Positions 55,626 through 64,000 of a DNA stretch of 64,000 bases are shown here, one piece after another. Source of the stretch: Promethearchaeota archaeon (GTDB taxonomy: Archaea; Asgardarchaeota; Lokiarchaeia; Sigyniarchaeales; SOKP01). Position numbers and translations under genes: made by a program. The DNA lies in contig JAUVNS010000007.1 of assembly GCA_030599585.1 (NCBI GenBank), positions 32,001 to 96,000 of the forward strand, read 5' to 3'. The notes below the pieces were generated by a model. That model was not told the DNA's origin. It searched no databases and worked only from the letters and a program-made list of their open reading frames with translations. Within the stretch, counting starts at the first letter, position 1; every line of letters starts with the position of its first letter.

Positions 55626-58329
55626 AATACTAATTGAGAACAAGGACAAAATTTTAAAAGCAGGGAAATTCAAGGAAGCTGAATTTAAAAAATTAATTGA
55701 TGATTTAACTATTGCCGAACTTTACCAAAAAAAAATTATTGAAGGAATCGAAGAATACGGAACCATTGATAATCCTCGGTTGTTATCAGAGCTAGGAACT
55801 TCAGAAAAAAAAATTGCCAGCACAATTGAATATCTTAAAGAATTTGGGTATTTAGAAGCTTATGGGGAGATACCGCGATTTTTTAATGCGGAAATTCAAA
55901 ATTTGAAACAGTATGGCATTCTTCCAAATGTAAAAATTATAAGAGACAGTAATTTATGTTGTGGGTGTGGATCGTGTGTGTCGTTATGTCCTGTTAGCGC
56001 AATAACATATTCAAAGGGAACATTCGAGATTGACGAAGAAGTATGTATCCGTTGCGGTTTGTGTTATACATGCTGTCCGAGATCTTTTTTCCCAAAAACT
56101 TTAGATGCTTCTGAGGATAACGATAATGAAAACATTAATTATTCAAGTCAATTTAATTATTATCATGAAATAATTACAGCTCAGACCACAAATACTGATA
56201 TTACTCAAGTAGCTCAAGATGGTGGTATAGTTACCACTCTCCTGAAAATGGCTTTCGATCAAAATCTAATTGACGGAGCTTTGGTCGTAACTGAAGGATT
56301 AGAGCCTTTGAACCCTTTACCCATATTTATAGAGCGAGAAGAGGACCTTCTAAAAACAGCGGGAACAAAATACACCAATTCACCTATTTTAAAAGAACTT
56401 TACAAGTACAGAGATAGTAAAAAAATCGCTGTAGTTGGAACTCCTTGTATTATGAAAGCTCTTAAAAAGTTATCTTTTTACCCCTTGCACAACCCGTTTT
56501 ACGAAAATATTGCAATTAAAATCGGTCTGTTGTGTTCGGAGTCGTTTGATTACTCAGAAATTACTAAACTACTGAAGAATGAATTTCAATCCACTCCCGC
56601 TGATGTTAAAAAAATGGATATTAATAAGGGTCGTTTTTTCATCTACAACCACGATGGTACCGTTTTAGATATCCCTATAAAAAAAATTAAGAAATATGGT
56701 CGTTTAGGTTGCTTTTTCTGTGAGGATTTAACAGCAATACACACCGATATTTCCGTAGGCTCGATCGGTTCCGATGTTGGTTGGTCAACAGTGTTCATAC
56801 GAACAGAAAAAGGAGCTGAGTTCTTTCAAAAAGCTTTAGATCTTAATATGATTGTGAAGAAAGAGATCGAAGAAGATAGCAAAAGTTTCAATTCACTTAG
56901 TAGGATAGCTAAATTCAAATTAAAAAGCTATGAAGAACTTCACCGTGTTGAAATGAAACAACAAGAACCAAATGTAAGGATAACAAACTTTGAAGAAGTT
57001 CCACTTGGTTTAACCGAAGAAATGGTTGAAATTGAAACTCAACGATGCCTTCAATGTGGAAATCCTCTCTGTATTTCCGGGTGCCCTGTTAATATCAAAA
57101 TTCCTCAATTTATCAAGTTACTAAAACAAAAAAAATACATTGAAGCTCTATATAAGATTAAGGGAGATAATTTATTACCCGCTATCTGTGGGAGAGTTTG
57201 TCCCCAAGAAACTCAATGCGAATTAGTGTGCATTATGAATGGTCTTGGAGAACCAATAGCAATAGGTCATTTAGAGCGTTTTATAGCAGACTGGGAAAGG
57301 AAAAATAAACTTAAGGAGTGTCCTGAGTGTGCAGCACCTAAAGGGATTAAAGTAGCTGTTATTGGTGCTGGACCAGCGGGACTAGCTTGTGCTGGAGAGC
57401 TGGCAATGAATGGTTATGAAGTTACTATTTTTGAAGCTTTTCATGCCGGAGGGGGTGTTTTAATCTACGGAATACCTGAGTTCAGACTCCCTAAAGAGAT
57501 AATCAAGAGCGAAATAGAGACTCTAGAAATGCTCAATGTTAAAATGGAATACAACTCCATCATTGGAAAAACATTAACTATCGAAGATTTAAGAGACATG
57601 GGTTTTAAAGCATTTTTTATTGGAGTTGGAGCAGGACTTCCCATTTTCTTGAAAGTATCTGGTTTATCTTTAACCGGCGTCCTTTCGGCGAACGAATTTC
57701 TTACGAGATCAAATTTAATGAAAGCTTTTAGATTTCCAGATTACGATACCCCCGTTAAAGTTGGAAAAATCGTGACTGTTATAGGTGGAGGAAATACCGC
57801 ACTAGATTCTGCGAGAACTGCATTAAGGTTAGGTGCTGAAAAAGTAATTATCGTTTATCGAAGATCTGAAGCGGAAATGCCCGCAAGAAAAGAAGAATAT
57901 CATCACGCATTGGAAGAAGGTATAAAATTTCAATTCTTAACTAATCCCGTTCAATTTATTGGCGACGACAACGAGAATGTAACTCAAATGAAAGTTATTA
58001 AAATGAAATTAGGAGAACCTGACGAATCGGGGAGGAGAAGACCCGTTAGAATTGAGGGTTCTGAATATGTGATAGACACAGACACAATTATCATCGGAAT
58101 CGGAACAGGAGCTAATCCTATTTTAACCAAGTCAATCCCCGACTTAAAACTGAATAAATGGGGCTACATCGAAATAGATGAGAATGGCCAGACAAATATT
58201 AAAGGTGTTTTTGCTGGTGGAGATATTGTAACTGGAGCTGCTACTGTCATTACAGCGATGGGAGCAGGAAAAATGGCTGCACATGCAATAGATAAGTATT
58301 TACAAGAAAATTATTTAGATAAGAATTAG
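55600..58329 (+). CDS. Fusion of an FpoF/FrhB-like F420-binding module to NfnB/SudA
   Basis: CCGCGSCVSLCP, CIRCGLCYTCCP, AQDGGIVT, GTKY, GTPC, IGLLC, CFFC, DISVGS; then NFEEV, RCLQC, CGRVCPQETQCE, GAGPAG, YGIPEFRLP, GGGNTA, YRRS, FAGGD. Overlaps the nfnA end by 26 nt. Confidence 0.9.
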   Translation: MEIKRSTVRILIENKDKILKAGKFKEAEFKKLIDDLTIAELYQKKIIEGIEEYGTIDNPRLLSELGTSEKKIASTIEYLKEFGYLEAYGEIPRFFNAEIQNLKQYGILPNVKIIRDSNLCCGCGSCVSLCPVSAITYSKGTFEIDEEVCIRCGLCYTCCPRSFFPKTLDASEDNDNENINYSSQFNYYHEIITAQTTNTDITQVAQDGGIVTTLLKMAFDQNLIDGALVVTEGLEPLNPLPIFIEREEDLLKTAGTKYTNSPILKELYKYRDSKKIAVVGTPCIMKALKKLSFYPLHNPFYENIAIKIGLLCSESFDYSEITKLLKNEFQSTPADVKKMDINKGRFFIYNHDGTVLDIPIKKIKKYGRLGCFFCEDLTAIHTDISVGSIGSDVGWSTVFIRTEKGAEFFQKALDLNMIVKKEIEEDSKSFNSLSRIAKFKLKSYEELHRVEMKQQEPNVRITNFEEVPLGLTEEMVEIETQRCLQCGNPLCISGCPVNIKIPQFIKLLKQKKYIEALYKIKGDNLLPAICGRVCPQETQCELVCIMNGLGEPIAIGHLERFIADWERKNKLKECPECAAPKGIKVAVIGAGPAGLACAGELAMNGYEVTIFEAFHAGGGVLIYGIPEFRLPKEIIKSEIETLEMLNVKMEYNSIIGKTLTIEDLRDMGFKAFFIGVGAGLPIFLKVSGLSLTGVLSANEFLTRSNLMKAFRFPDYDTPVKVGKIVTVIGGGNTALDSARTALRLGAEKVIIVYRRSEAEMPARKEEYHHALEEGIKFQFLTNPVQFIGDDNENVTQMKVIKMKLGEPDESGRRRPVRIEGSEYVIDTDTIIIGIGTGANPILTKSIPDLKLNKWGYIEIDENGQTNIKGVFAGGDIVTGAATVITAMGAGKMAAHAIDKYLQENYLDKN

Positions 58330-58456
58330 ATATCCCGATTTTTACGATTCGGTATAGTACCCTTAATTTTATAACAATGAATTGATTAATAGTATTTGGT
58401 ATTATGAACTAATACTTCTATTTGTTTAATTTAAATATCTTCTTAAAGGCGTTAAA

Positions 58457-59587
58457 ATGGAAAAACATAAATTTAGCTTCCAAACACGTATAGGTCCTTC
58501 GTTAGGAACATCTGTAAGACACTGGATGAAATTAGTTCTAACAAATGGTTCAGTAGCGCTTAGATATTACCCAAGAGTATTTTTTGTTAACGCTGTAAGT
58601 TCTCTCGGCATCCCATTCCGATTATATGAGCGTTTTAAGTTCAATAGCAAAGTAGACACCACAGAAATTTCTACTCCTCCCATTTTTATATTGGGCCATT
58701 GGAGGTCTGGAACAACTCATCTTCATAATGTAATGTGCCAAGATACTCAATTTGGTTTCATTACTATGCTTCAAGCAATGTTTCCAAAATCTTTTATGAG
58801 CAACAATTTATTTCGGCATCTAATGAGAATTTTTTTGCCAAACACTCGACCAATGGATAATATGGAAATGGACATCAACAAGCCTCAAGAAGAAGAAATG
58901 GCTTTAGGTAATTTATTTCCCTACTCTTTTTACAATGGGTTTTATTTTCCTCAAAGAACTATGGAATATTTTTTTAAATACATCAGATTTAAAAATACAT
59001 CCCTTAAAGTTTTGGAACAATGGAAGAAGGTGTATTACTACCTTATTAAGAAAGCGACATTAAACATGAGCGGTCGTCAATTAATTCTTAAAAATCCCGC
59101 AAATACTGCTCGTATTAAATTACTTTTAGACTTATTTCCTAATGCGAAATTTATCCATATTTACAGAAATCCTTATATTGTTTACGCTTCGATGCGAAAT
59201 TTTTACAGGAAAACAATTGAGGGATTTATGCTGCAAAGCGTTACAGAAAAGCAAATAGAGAATAACATCTTTAGTTTATACAAGCAGCTGATGACAAGTT
59301 ACTTCAAAGAAAAGCAGTTGATTCCTCATGGAAATTTGATAGAGTTAAAATTTGAAGATTTTGAAGTGAACACTATGAACGAGTTAAATAGGATATACTC
59401 TGAATTGGATATAAGTGGATTTGAAAGAGCGAAAAATAAAATTGACTTCTATTTGAGTTCGTTGAGTGATTATAAAAAGAATACTTATAACTTGACTCAC
59501 GAGATAATTAACTCTATAAAGAGGAAATGGGATTTTACAATAAAGAAATGGGATTACGATATCCCAATTGAACTTCAGTTGGTATGA
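58457..59587 (+). CDS. Sulfotransferase family protein
   Basis: PAPS-binding PIFILGHWRSGTTHL, PQEEE, LKNP, AKFIHIYRNP. Confidence 0.9.
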   Translation: MEKHKFSFQTRIGPSLGTSVRHWMKLVLTNGSVALRYYPRVFFVNAVSSLGIPFRLYERFKFNSKVDTTEISTPPIFILGHWRSGTTHLHNVMCQDTQFGFITMLQAMFPKSFMSNNLFRHLMRIFLPNTRPMDNMEMDINKPQEEEMALGNLFPYSFYNGFYFPQRTMEYFFKYIRFKNTSLKVLEQWKKVYYYLIKKATLNMSGRQLILKNPANTARIKLLLDLFPNAKFIHIYRNPYIVYASMRNFYRKTIEGFMLQSVTEKQIENNIFSLYKQLMTSYFKEKQLIPHGNLIELKFEDFEVNTMNELNRIYSELDISGFERAKNKIDFYLSSLSDYKKNTYNLTHEIINSIKRKWDFTIKKWDYDIPIELQLV

Positions 59588-59594
59588 TTTTATT

Positions 59595-60458
59595 TCATTT
59601 ACTCCCTTGGGGACACACTTTTAAACAGTTAGAGCAATAGTTGTTGTTCAACAGACTTTCCATACACTTTGAACGATCAATGTGAGTAAAAATGCCAGAC
59701 CCTTTTACCTTCTCAATTGGTTCTTCGTAAATAGCTTCACCTAAGCACTTTTCTATACAAACTCCGCAATTCTCGCAAAAATCTTCCATATCACTAAAAT
59801 CTACTTTCCTTGTTTCGGGGATATTAGCATCCGTAGTTATAGCGCTCCACCTTTGTCTCATGCCAAACTCAGGACTCATAATTAACCCATTCCTCCCCAA
59901 TATTCCTAACCCCGCAGCTACAGCGTGAGCTGTAAACAAGAGTTTTCCTCCAAATGGATGATGAGCTTCCGTCTTGTAACCTTTCTCTTGTAGAAATTGC
60001 GTTAGTTCGATCGTTTTTTCTCCTAAGTCGTAATACACTCTAAACGCCTCAATGCTAACGTGAATGCTTGGAGCTGTTTTAATCTTATCCCACGCCATTT
60101 CCATCCCAAGAATTATCGTGTTCTTTCCTATAATTGGAAGATTTTTGAAAATATAGTTTTCTAACACAGGTGTATATCCTATAAGTTCAATACCTTTTTC
60201 TTTAGCTAAATTCTCAAACTCTTTCCATAATTCAGGTGTTGTCTCGGTCTTATTATTATCACCATTTTGATATTTCGTTTTGTTAGCCTTTTGAAAGCCT
60301 TTAAATGTCCCTGTTAAATACTTACTATATTCTTTTGCGGTTTCTCTGTCCAACTTCTGTTCAGTTGATAATTTCATCGTAAAAAGCTCTTTTGGAACAA
60401 CAAAGACCAAGTCCTCGTTCTTTCCAACGTAAGTCGGCTCAATTTTTTCAGTTTCCAT
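59595..60458 (-). CDS. Reductive dehalogenase / QueG-like 4Fe-4S protein
   Basis: HAVAAGLGILGRNGLIMSPEFG, ITTD, FCENCGVCIEKC, CSNCLKVCP. Confidence 0.8.
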   Translation of the reverse strand: METEKIEPTYVGKNEDLVFVVPKELFTMKLSTEQKLDRETAKEYSKYLTGTFKGFQKANKTKYQNGDNNKTETTPELWKEFENLAKEKGIELIGYTPVLENYIFKNLPIIGKNTIILGMEMAWDKIKTAPSIHVSIEAFRVYYDLGEKTIELTQFLQEKGYKTEAHHPFGGKLLFTAHAVAAGLGILGRNGLIMSPEFGMRQRWSAITTDANIPETRKVDFSDMEDFCENCGVCIEKCLGEAIYEEPIEKVKGSGIFTHIDRSKCMESLLNNNYCSNCLKVCPQGSK

Positions 60459-60540
60459 AATAATACTTCAATAATTTATAATACTAAAATTTTTACCTTA
60501 ATCTATCGTACTTTGAATTAATAGAGAGAAAATTAATTGC

Positions 60541-63500
60541 ATGATTAATAATATTAGGGCTCCTAAATTTGAGTGCCCATTTTGTAATAACTCGTTAGAA
60601 ACAAGATTTACTAAGTGCTTTAATGTTTATTGCCAAGGCCATAATTTTAGCACAGATAATTTAGTTACTTTTAGGTTAAACCCTGAGTTGGGCGTTGGGA
60701 GAATTGTAAAAAAAATAGAAATTCCCGCATCGAGGTCCTTAGATGACGACGATACTTATATCATAACAAAATACAAAGTTAAGTTTGAAAACAATAACGT
60801 AAAAGTAATTCATCCTCTTGATCTTATTCATTACATTTTTGAGGTTAATGATAGAATAGTTACGAAAAACAGAATCGGAACTATCAACTCCAACAATTTT
60901 CTAATAAAAGATGGTAAAATTTCCTATGAAACTTTGTTCGCTAATGGTAAAATCAATCAAATATACGAATCAGAAATAATTTCAAAATACGAAATTCCAA
61001 TAAGAAGGATAATTACTGCCCAAAGAATTGATCCTCCGAAGAATTTTCTCGTAAAATATTGGGCTAATCTTTTTTATTCGTATTATACTTCTTACCAAAT
61101 TAAATGTATTACAAATTCAAGACTTTCTTTAATGCCACATCAAATAAATGTAGCACATCGATTGTCCGAGGAATATTTTCCTCGCATAATTTTGGCTGAT
61201 GAAGTAGGGCTAGGAAAAACTATTGAAGCAGGTATTTATGTCAAAGAAATGATGGCAAGAAATCTTGCTGAAAGAATTCTAATAGTTGTTCCTGCTACAC
61301 TCGTAAAACAATGGCAATTTGAAATGCAAAATAAGTTCAATATTGATTTTACTATTTACGATGGGAAAAAAATAAAGGAGTTATCTCGTAAAGGAAGTAA
61401 TCTTAGTGAGAAAAAGTTACAAAATCCTTTCTATTACAACAATCTTATAATTTGTTCTTTACAATTTGCCAGAAATAGAAAATATATAAATTTTCTTTCC
61501 CAAATATCCTGGGATATCGTAATTTTCGACGAATCGCATCATTTAAGGCGATATTTAGTTAATGCAACAACTGGTAATTACCGAAAAACTTTAAATTATG
61601 AGTTAGCGAGAAATATAAGCTTGAATACTGAATCTCTTTTACTTTTATCGGCTACACCACTACAATTACATTCCTTTGAGTTATATTCCCTTATTGAGTT
61701 AATTCAAAGAGAAGCTTTTGATAACTTCTCAGATTTTGAACATTTTCGGAAAAACATGCCTTTTATAAATATGTTAATAGCTAACATTAATCAAATTGAT
61801 GAACTTAACAATTTCGAAGTAAAAAATACATTTAAACTTCTTAAAAACTTGAATCATGTAAATAAAAGTAAAAACTATGACGAGATATTAAATCAGTTAA
61901 AAGATAACACTTATAAATCAAATTTATTAAAAAAAATTGAAAAAGATCACACTCTCTCTCAATTTCTTATAAGGAATCGCAAGAAGAATGTATTTTCAGA
62001 AGAGTTTCTAAACGAGCGAGTGGTTAAAACAATTCTGGTTAACCCTACTGAGAAGGAATTAGAACTTTATAATGAAATTCGGCTTTATTTAGCCAAAATT
62101 TACAACACTTCAACAAATAAAGAGAATTTTGGTTTTGGATTTGTCATAACGACGCTGCAAAAATTACTAACAAGTTCTAAATTTGCGTTTTTAAAGAGTA
62201 TTGAAAGGAGAATAGATCAAATTGAGCGTCAGAAAAGTTTCTCTCTTGAAATGAATACCTTAAGAGATGAAGATCCCGAATATTACGAATTAGAATTGGA
62301 GGAAGAATACATTGACTCCGAGGTTACCTTCAATGGTGAAGCTGAGTCTATTAATAGAGCTAAAGAGGTTTCAATAAAATTTTTAGACCAAGAAAAGATT
62401 TTGAGAGAATTCTATAATAAATTGAACTCCTTACCTTATGATTCTAAATGCCAAAAACTTGTAGAATTGGTAGGAAAGATTTATTCACAGAATCCTAATG
62501 AAAAGATCTTGGTTTTCACTCAATTTGTTGATACTCTATTATATCTAAAAGAACTGTTGGGTAAACAAGAACAAGGATATTTTGTGGAAACATTCTATGG
62601 TGGCTTGGATAAAGTTGAAAAAGATGAAGCTGTTGAGAGATTTCGCTCGAATGAGAACTTTTCAATCCTCATCTTAACAGAAATTGGGGGCGAAGGTAGG
62701 AATTTTCAATTTGCCCGTGTTATGATTAATTACGATCTTCCCTGGAATCCAATGAAACTAGAACAAAGGATAGGAAGAATAGATAGAATCGGACAAAAGT
62801 CCAAAAAAGTATTTATTTATAATTTTTATCTTGAGGGAACCATTGAAACGGACATCATGTTTGCGTTAGATAAAAGAATTCACTTATTTGAAGAGTCAAT
62901 TGGCAAATTAGAACCAATTATTGGAAATATTGAAAAAGACATTAAAAACATCATTTTTGCTGAGGAAGAGGGGAAACGAAGAAAAAAAATGAATGAGTTT
63001 AATCGAAAATTAGATATTGAAGTTAAAAAAGCAAATGAGATGGAAATGCAGCTTGATGATTTGCTGATAGACAAAAAATCATTTAAAATGGACGACCTTG
63101 TTACCTCATTAGATGCGTGTAGAGATGTTAAATTAACTCATAACGAATTATACCTCTTAGTTAAAGATTTTTTTGAATTGAATGACAAAAAATATGGAAC
63201 ACTGAATATTATTGAGGAAGGAATTCATAAAAATACGGGGTTCCAAACAGAAATTAAACCTAACAACGATTTATTTTTCAACTACAGCGATTTTAAATTA
63301 CTAAAAAACTATAGCGGTACGTTTGATTTAGACTTAGCTAAAGAAAAAGAAGAAATAGATTTTTTTGCTCTGGGACATCCATTAATTAATGCGATATTAA
63401 ACTTCTGTAGATCAGATAAATTCATTGGCACTTTTACTCGATTATACCTGAAAAGAGAGATGTTACCTGAGCATGTTAAAAAAACCTTAGTATCTCAAAA

Positions 63501-64000
63501 CCAAATTTATTTATTTATCTTTGTCATTAAATTTCAAGGTTACATCTTAGAAAACCAGTATTCTGCTGTCGTTATTGATAAAAACGGCAGAGAGCAGGAG
63601 AATTTAGCCGATTTAATACTTGATATTAATGATTTTGAAAAATTGTATGATTTGAGAGATGAGAGTCTTCTTGAGAACAAAATAGACATAACTTTTATTG
63701 ATAATCTAAGAAAAAAAGCAAAATCAATTGTCAAATGGAAAACTTCCCAATGGAAAACCGAAATTAAAGCTTTAAACGATAAAATCTTCGAAATAGAACA
63801 AAGGAAGAAAGAAAAAATATTTGCTCATAATAAGAAACTGCTAACCATTAAACTTGAATCCTTAAAATTGAAATTAGAGAAAAAAGAAAGTAAAAAACCG
63901 ACCGAACGGCAACTATTAAATATTAAAAGCATAGATGACCACCAAAGAAGGCAAGAACGCCTAGATAATATAGATAAATTAAGAGAAGAAATTCGTTTTC
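60541..64000 (+). CDS. RapA/HepA-like SNF2 helicase, partial (runs off the right edge)
   Basis: Manual translation from ATG 60541: LMPHQ, ILADEVGLGKTIEAG, DESHH, LLSATP, EGRNFQ, NYDLPWNPMKLEQRIGRIDRIGQ; N-terminal CPFC...C....C. Confidence 0.92.
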   Translation, partial: MINNIRAPKFECPFCNNSLETRFTKCFNVYCQGHNFSTDNLVTFRLNPELGVGRIVKKIEIPASRSLDDDDTYIITKYKVKFENNNVKVIHPLDLIHYIFEVNDRIVTKNRIGTINSNNFLIKDGKISYETLFANGKINQIYESEIISKYEIPIRRIITAQRIDPPKNFLVKYWANLFYSYYTSYQIKCITNSRLSLMPHQINVAHRLSEEYFPRIILADEVGLGKTIEAGIYVKEMMARNLAERILIVVPATLVKQWQFEMQNKFNIDFTIYDGKKIKELSRKGSNLSEKKLQNPFYYNNLIICSLQFARNRKYINFLSQISWDIVIFDESHHLRRYLVNATTGNYRKTLNYELARNISLNTESLLLLSATPLQLHSFELYSLIELIQREAFDNFSDFEHFRKNMPFINMLIANINQIDELNNFEVKNTFKLLKNLNHVNKSKNYDEILNQLKDNTYKSNLLKKIEKDHTLSQFLIRNRKKNVFSEEFLNERVVKTILVNPTEKELELYNEIRLYLAKIYNTSTNKENFGFGFVITTLQKLLTSSKFAFLKSIERRIDQIERQKSFSLEMNTLRDEDPEYYELELEEEYIDSEVTFNGEAESINRAKEVSIKFLDQEKILREFYNKLNSLPYDSKCQKLVELVGKIYSQNPNEKILVFTQFVDTLLYLKELLGKQEQGYFVETFYGGLDKVEKDEAVERFRSNENFSILILTEIGGEGRNFQFARVMINYDLPWNPMKLEQRIGRIDRIGQKSKKVFIYNFYLEGTIETDIMFALDKRIHLFEESIGKLEPIIGNIEKDIKNIIFAEEEGKRRKKMNEFNRKLDIEVKKANEMEMQLDDLLIDKKSFKMDDLVTSLDACRDVKLTHNELYLLVKDFFELNDKKYGTLNIIEEGIHKNTGFQTEIKPNNDLFFNYSDFKLLKNYSGTFDLDLAKEKEEIDFFALGHPLINAILNFCRSDKFIGTFTRLYLKREMLPEHVKKTLVSQNQIYLFIFVIKFQGYILENQYSAVVIDKNGREQENLADLILDINDFEKLYDLRDESLLENKIDITFIDNLRKKAKSIVKWKTSQWKTEIKALNDKIFEIEQRKKEKIFAHNKKLLTIKLESLKLKLEKKESKKPTERQLLNIKSIDDHQRRQERLDNIDKLREEIRF

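Noticed and set aside
55600-58329. Glutamate synthase small subunit (gltD)
   Set aside because: No gltB nearby; the overlap with nfnA and the CPQExQCE motif indicate NfnB/SudA.
2808-59597. Genome-wide UGA reassignment (alternative genetic code)
   Set aside because: TGA ends ordinary full-length genes at 2810, 35915, 40554, 59587 and 59595, and Trp is encoded by TGG.
2471-63734. Short ORF-track entries (60-124 aa) overlapping longer genes, e.g. 2471-2671, 9250-9474, 43055-43429, 45904-46086, 46240-46422, 62880-63074
   Set aside because: Antisense or alternate-frame shadows of well-supported genes, with no motifs of their own.
1-64000. tRNA (including tRNA-Sec), rRNA, transposases, integrases
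   Set aside because: No GC-rich structured RNA segment or recombinase motif seen by eye; a tRNAscan/Infernal run would be needed to exclude them fully.

Overview
AT-rich, gene-dense archaeal DNA, most likely Asgard (Lokiarchaeia). The lineage is inferred from gelsolin-, longin- and V4R-like proteins, GGTGA/GGAGG ribosome-binding sites and a eukaryote-type SECIS. I found no rRNA, tRNA, CRISPR array or transposase. The main result is missed by the ORF track: a selenoprotein operon on the minus strand. It has a full-length HdrA (44457-46433) with three in-frame UGA codons at conserved Cys positions and an unannotated MvhD/VhuD (43997-44443) with two more. One eukaryote-like SECIS hairpin (43919-43991) follows and appears to serve all five UGAs. 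These genes lie in an AOR-ferredoxin-HdrA-MvhD-FdhB-like-polyferredoxin run with no HdrB/C. About 5 kb away on the plus strand are two unusual redox fusions. One is an HdrD-like protein with a GltD-type flavoprotein inserted inside its first CCG domain. The other is NfnA paired with an FpoF/FrhB(F420)-NfnB fusion, a candidate F420-linked electron-bifurcating transhydrogenase. The window also holds three LMW phosphatase paralogs with a degenerate macrodomain, a shared helical domain family linked to gelsolin, tandem surface-protein and Kelch paralogs, an enoyl-CoA hydratase with a DnaJ-type Zn finger, a bacterial-type GAPDH, candidate ATT start codons, and partial nadB and RapA/SNF2 genes at the edges. 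All calls come from reading motifs by eye; no database searches were run.
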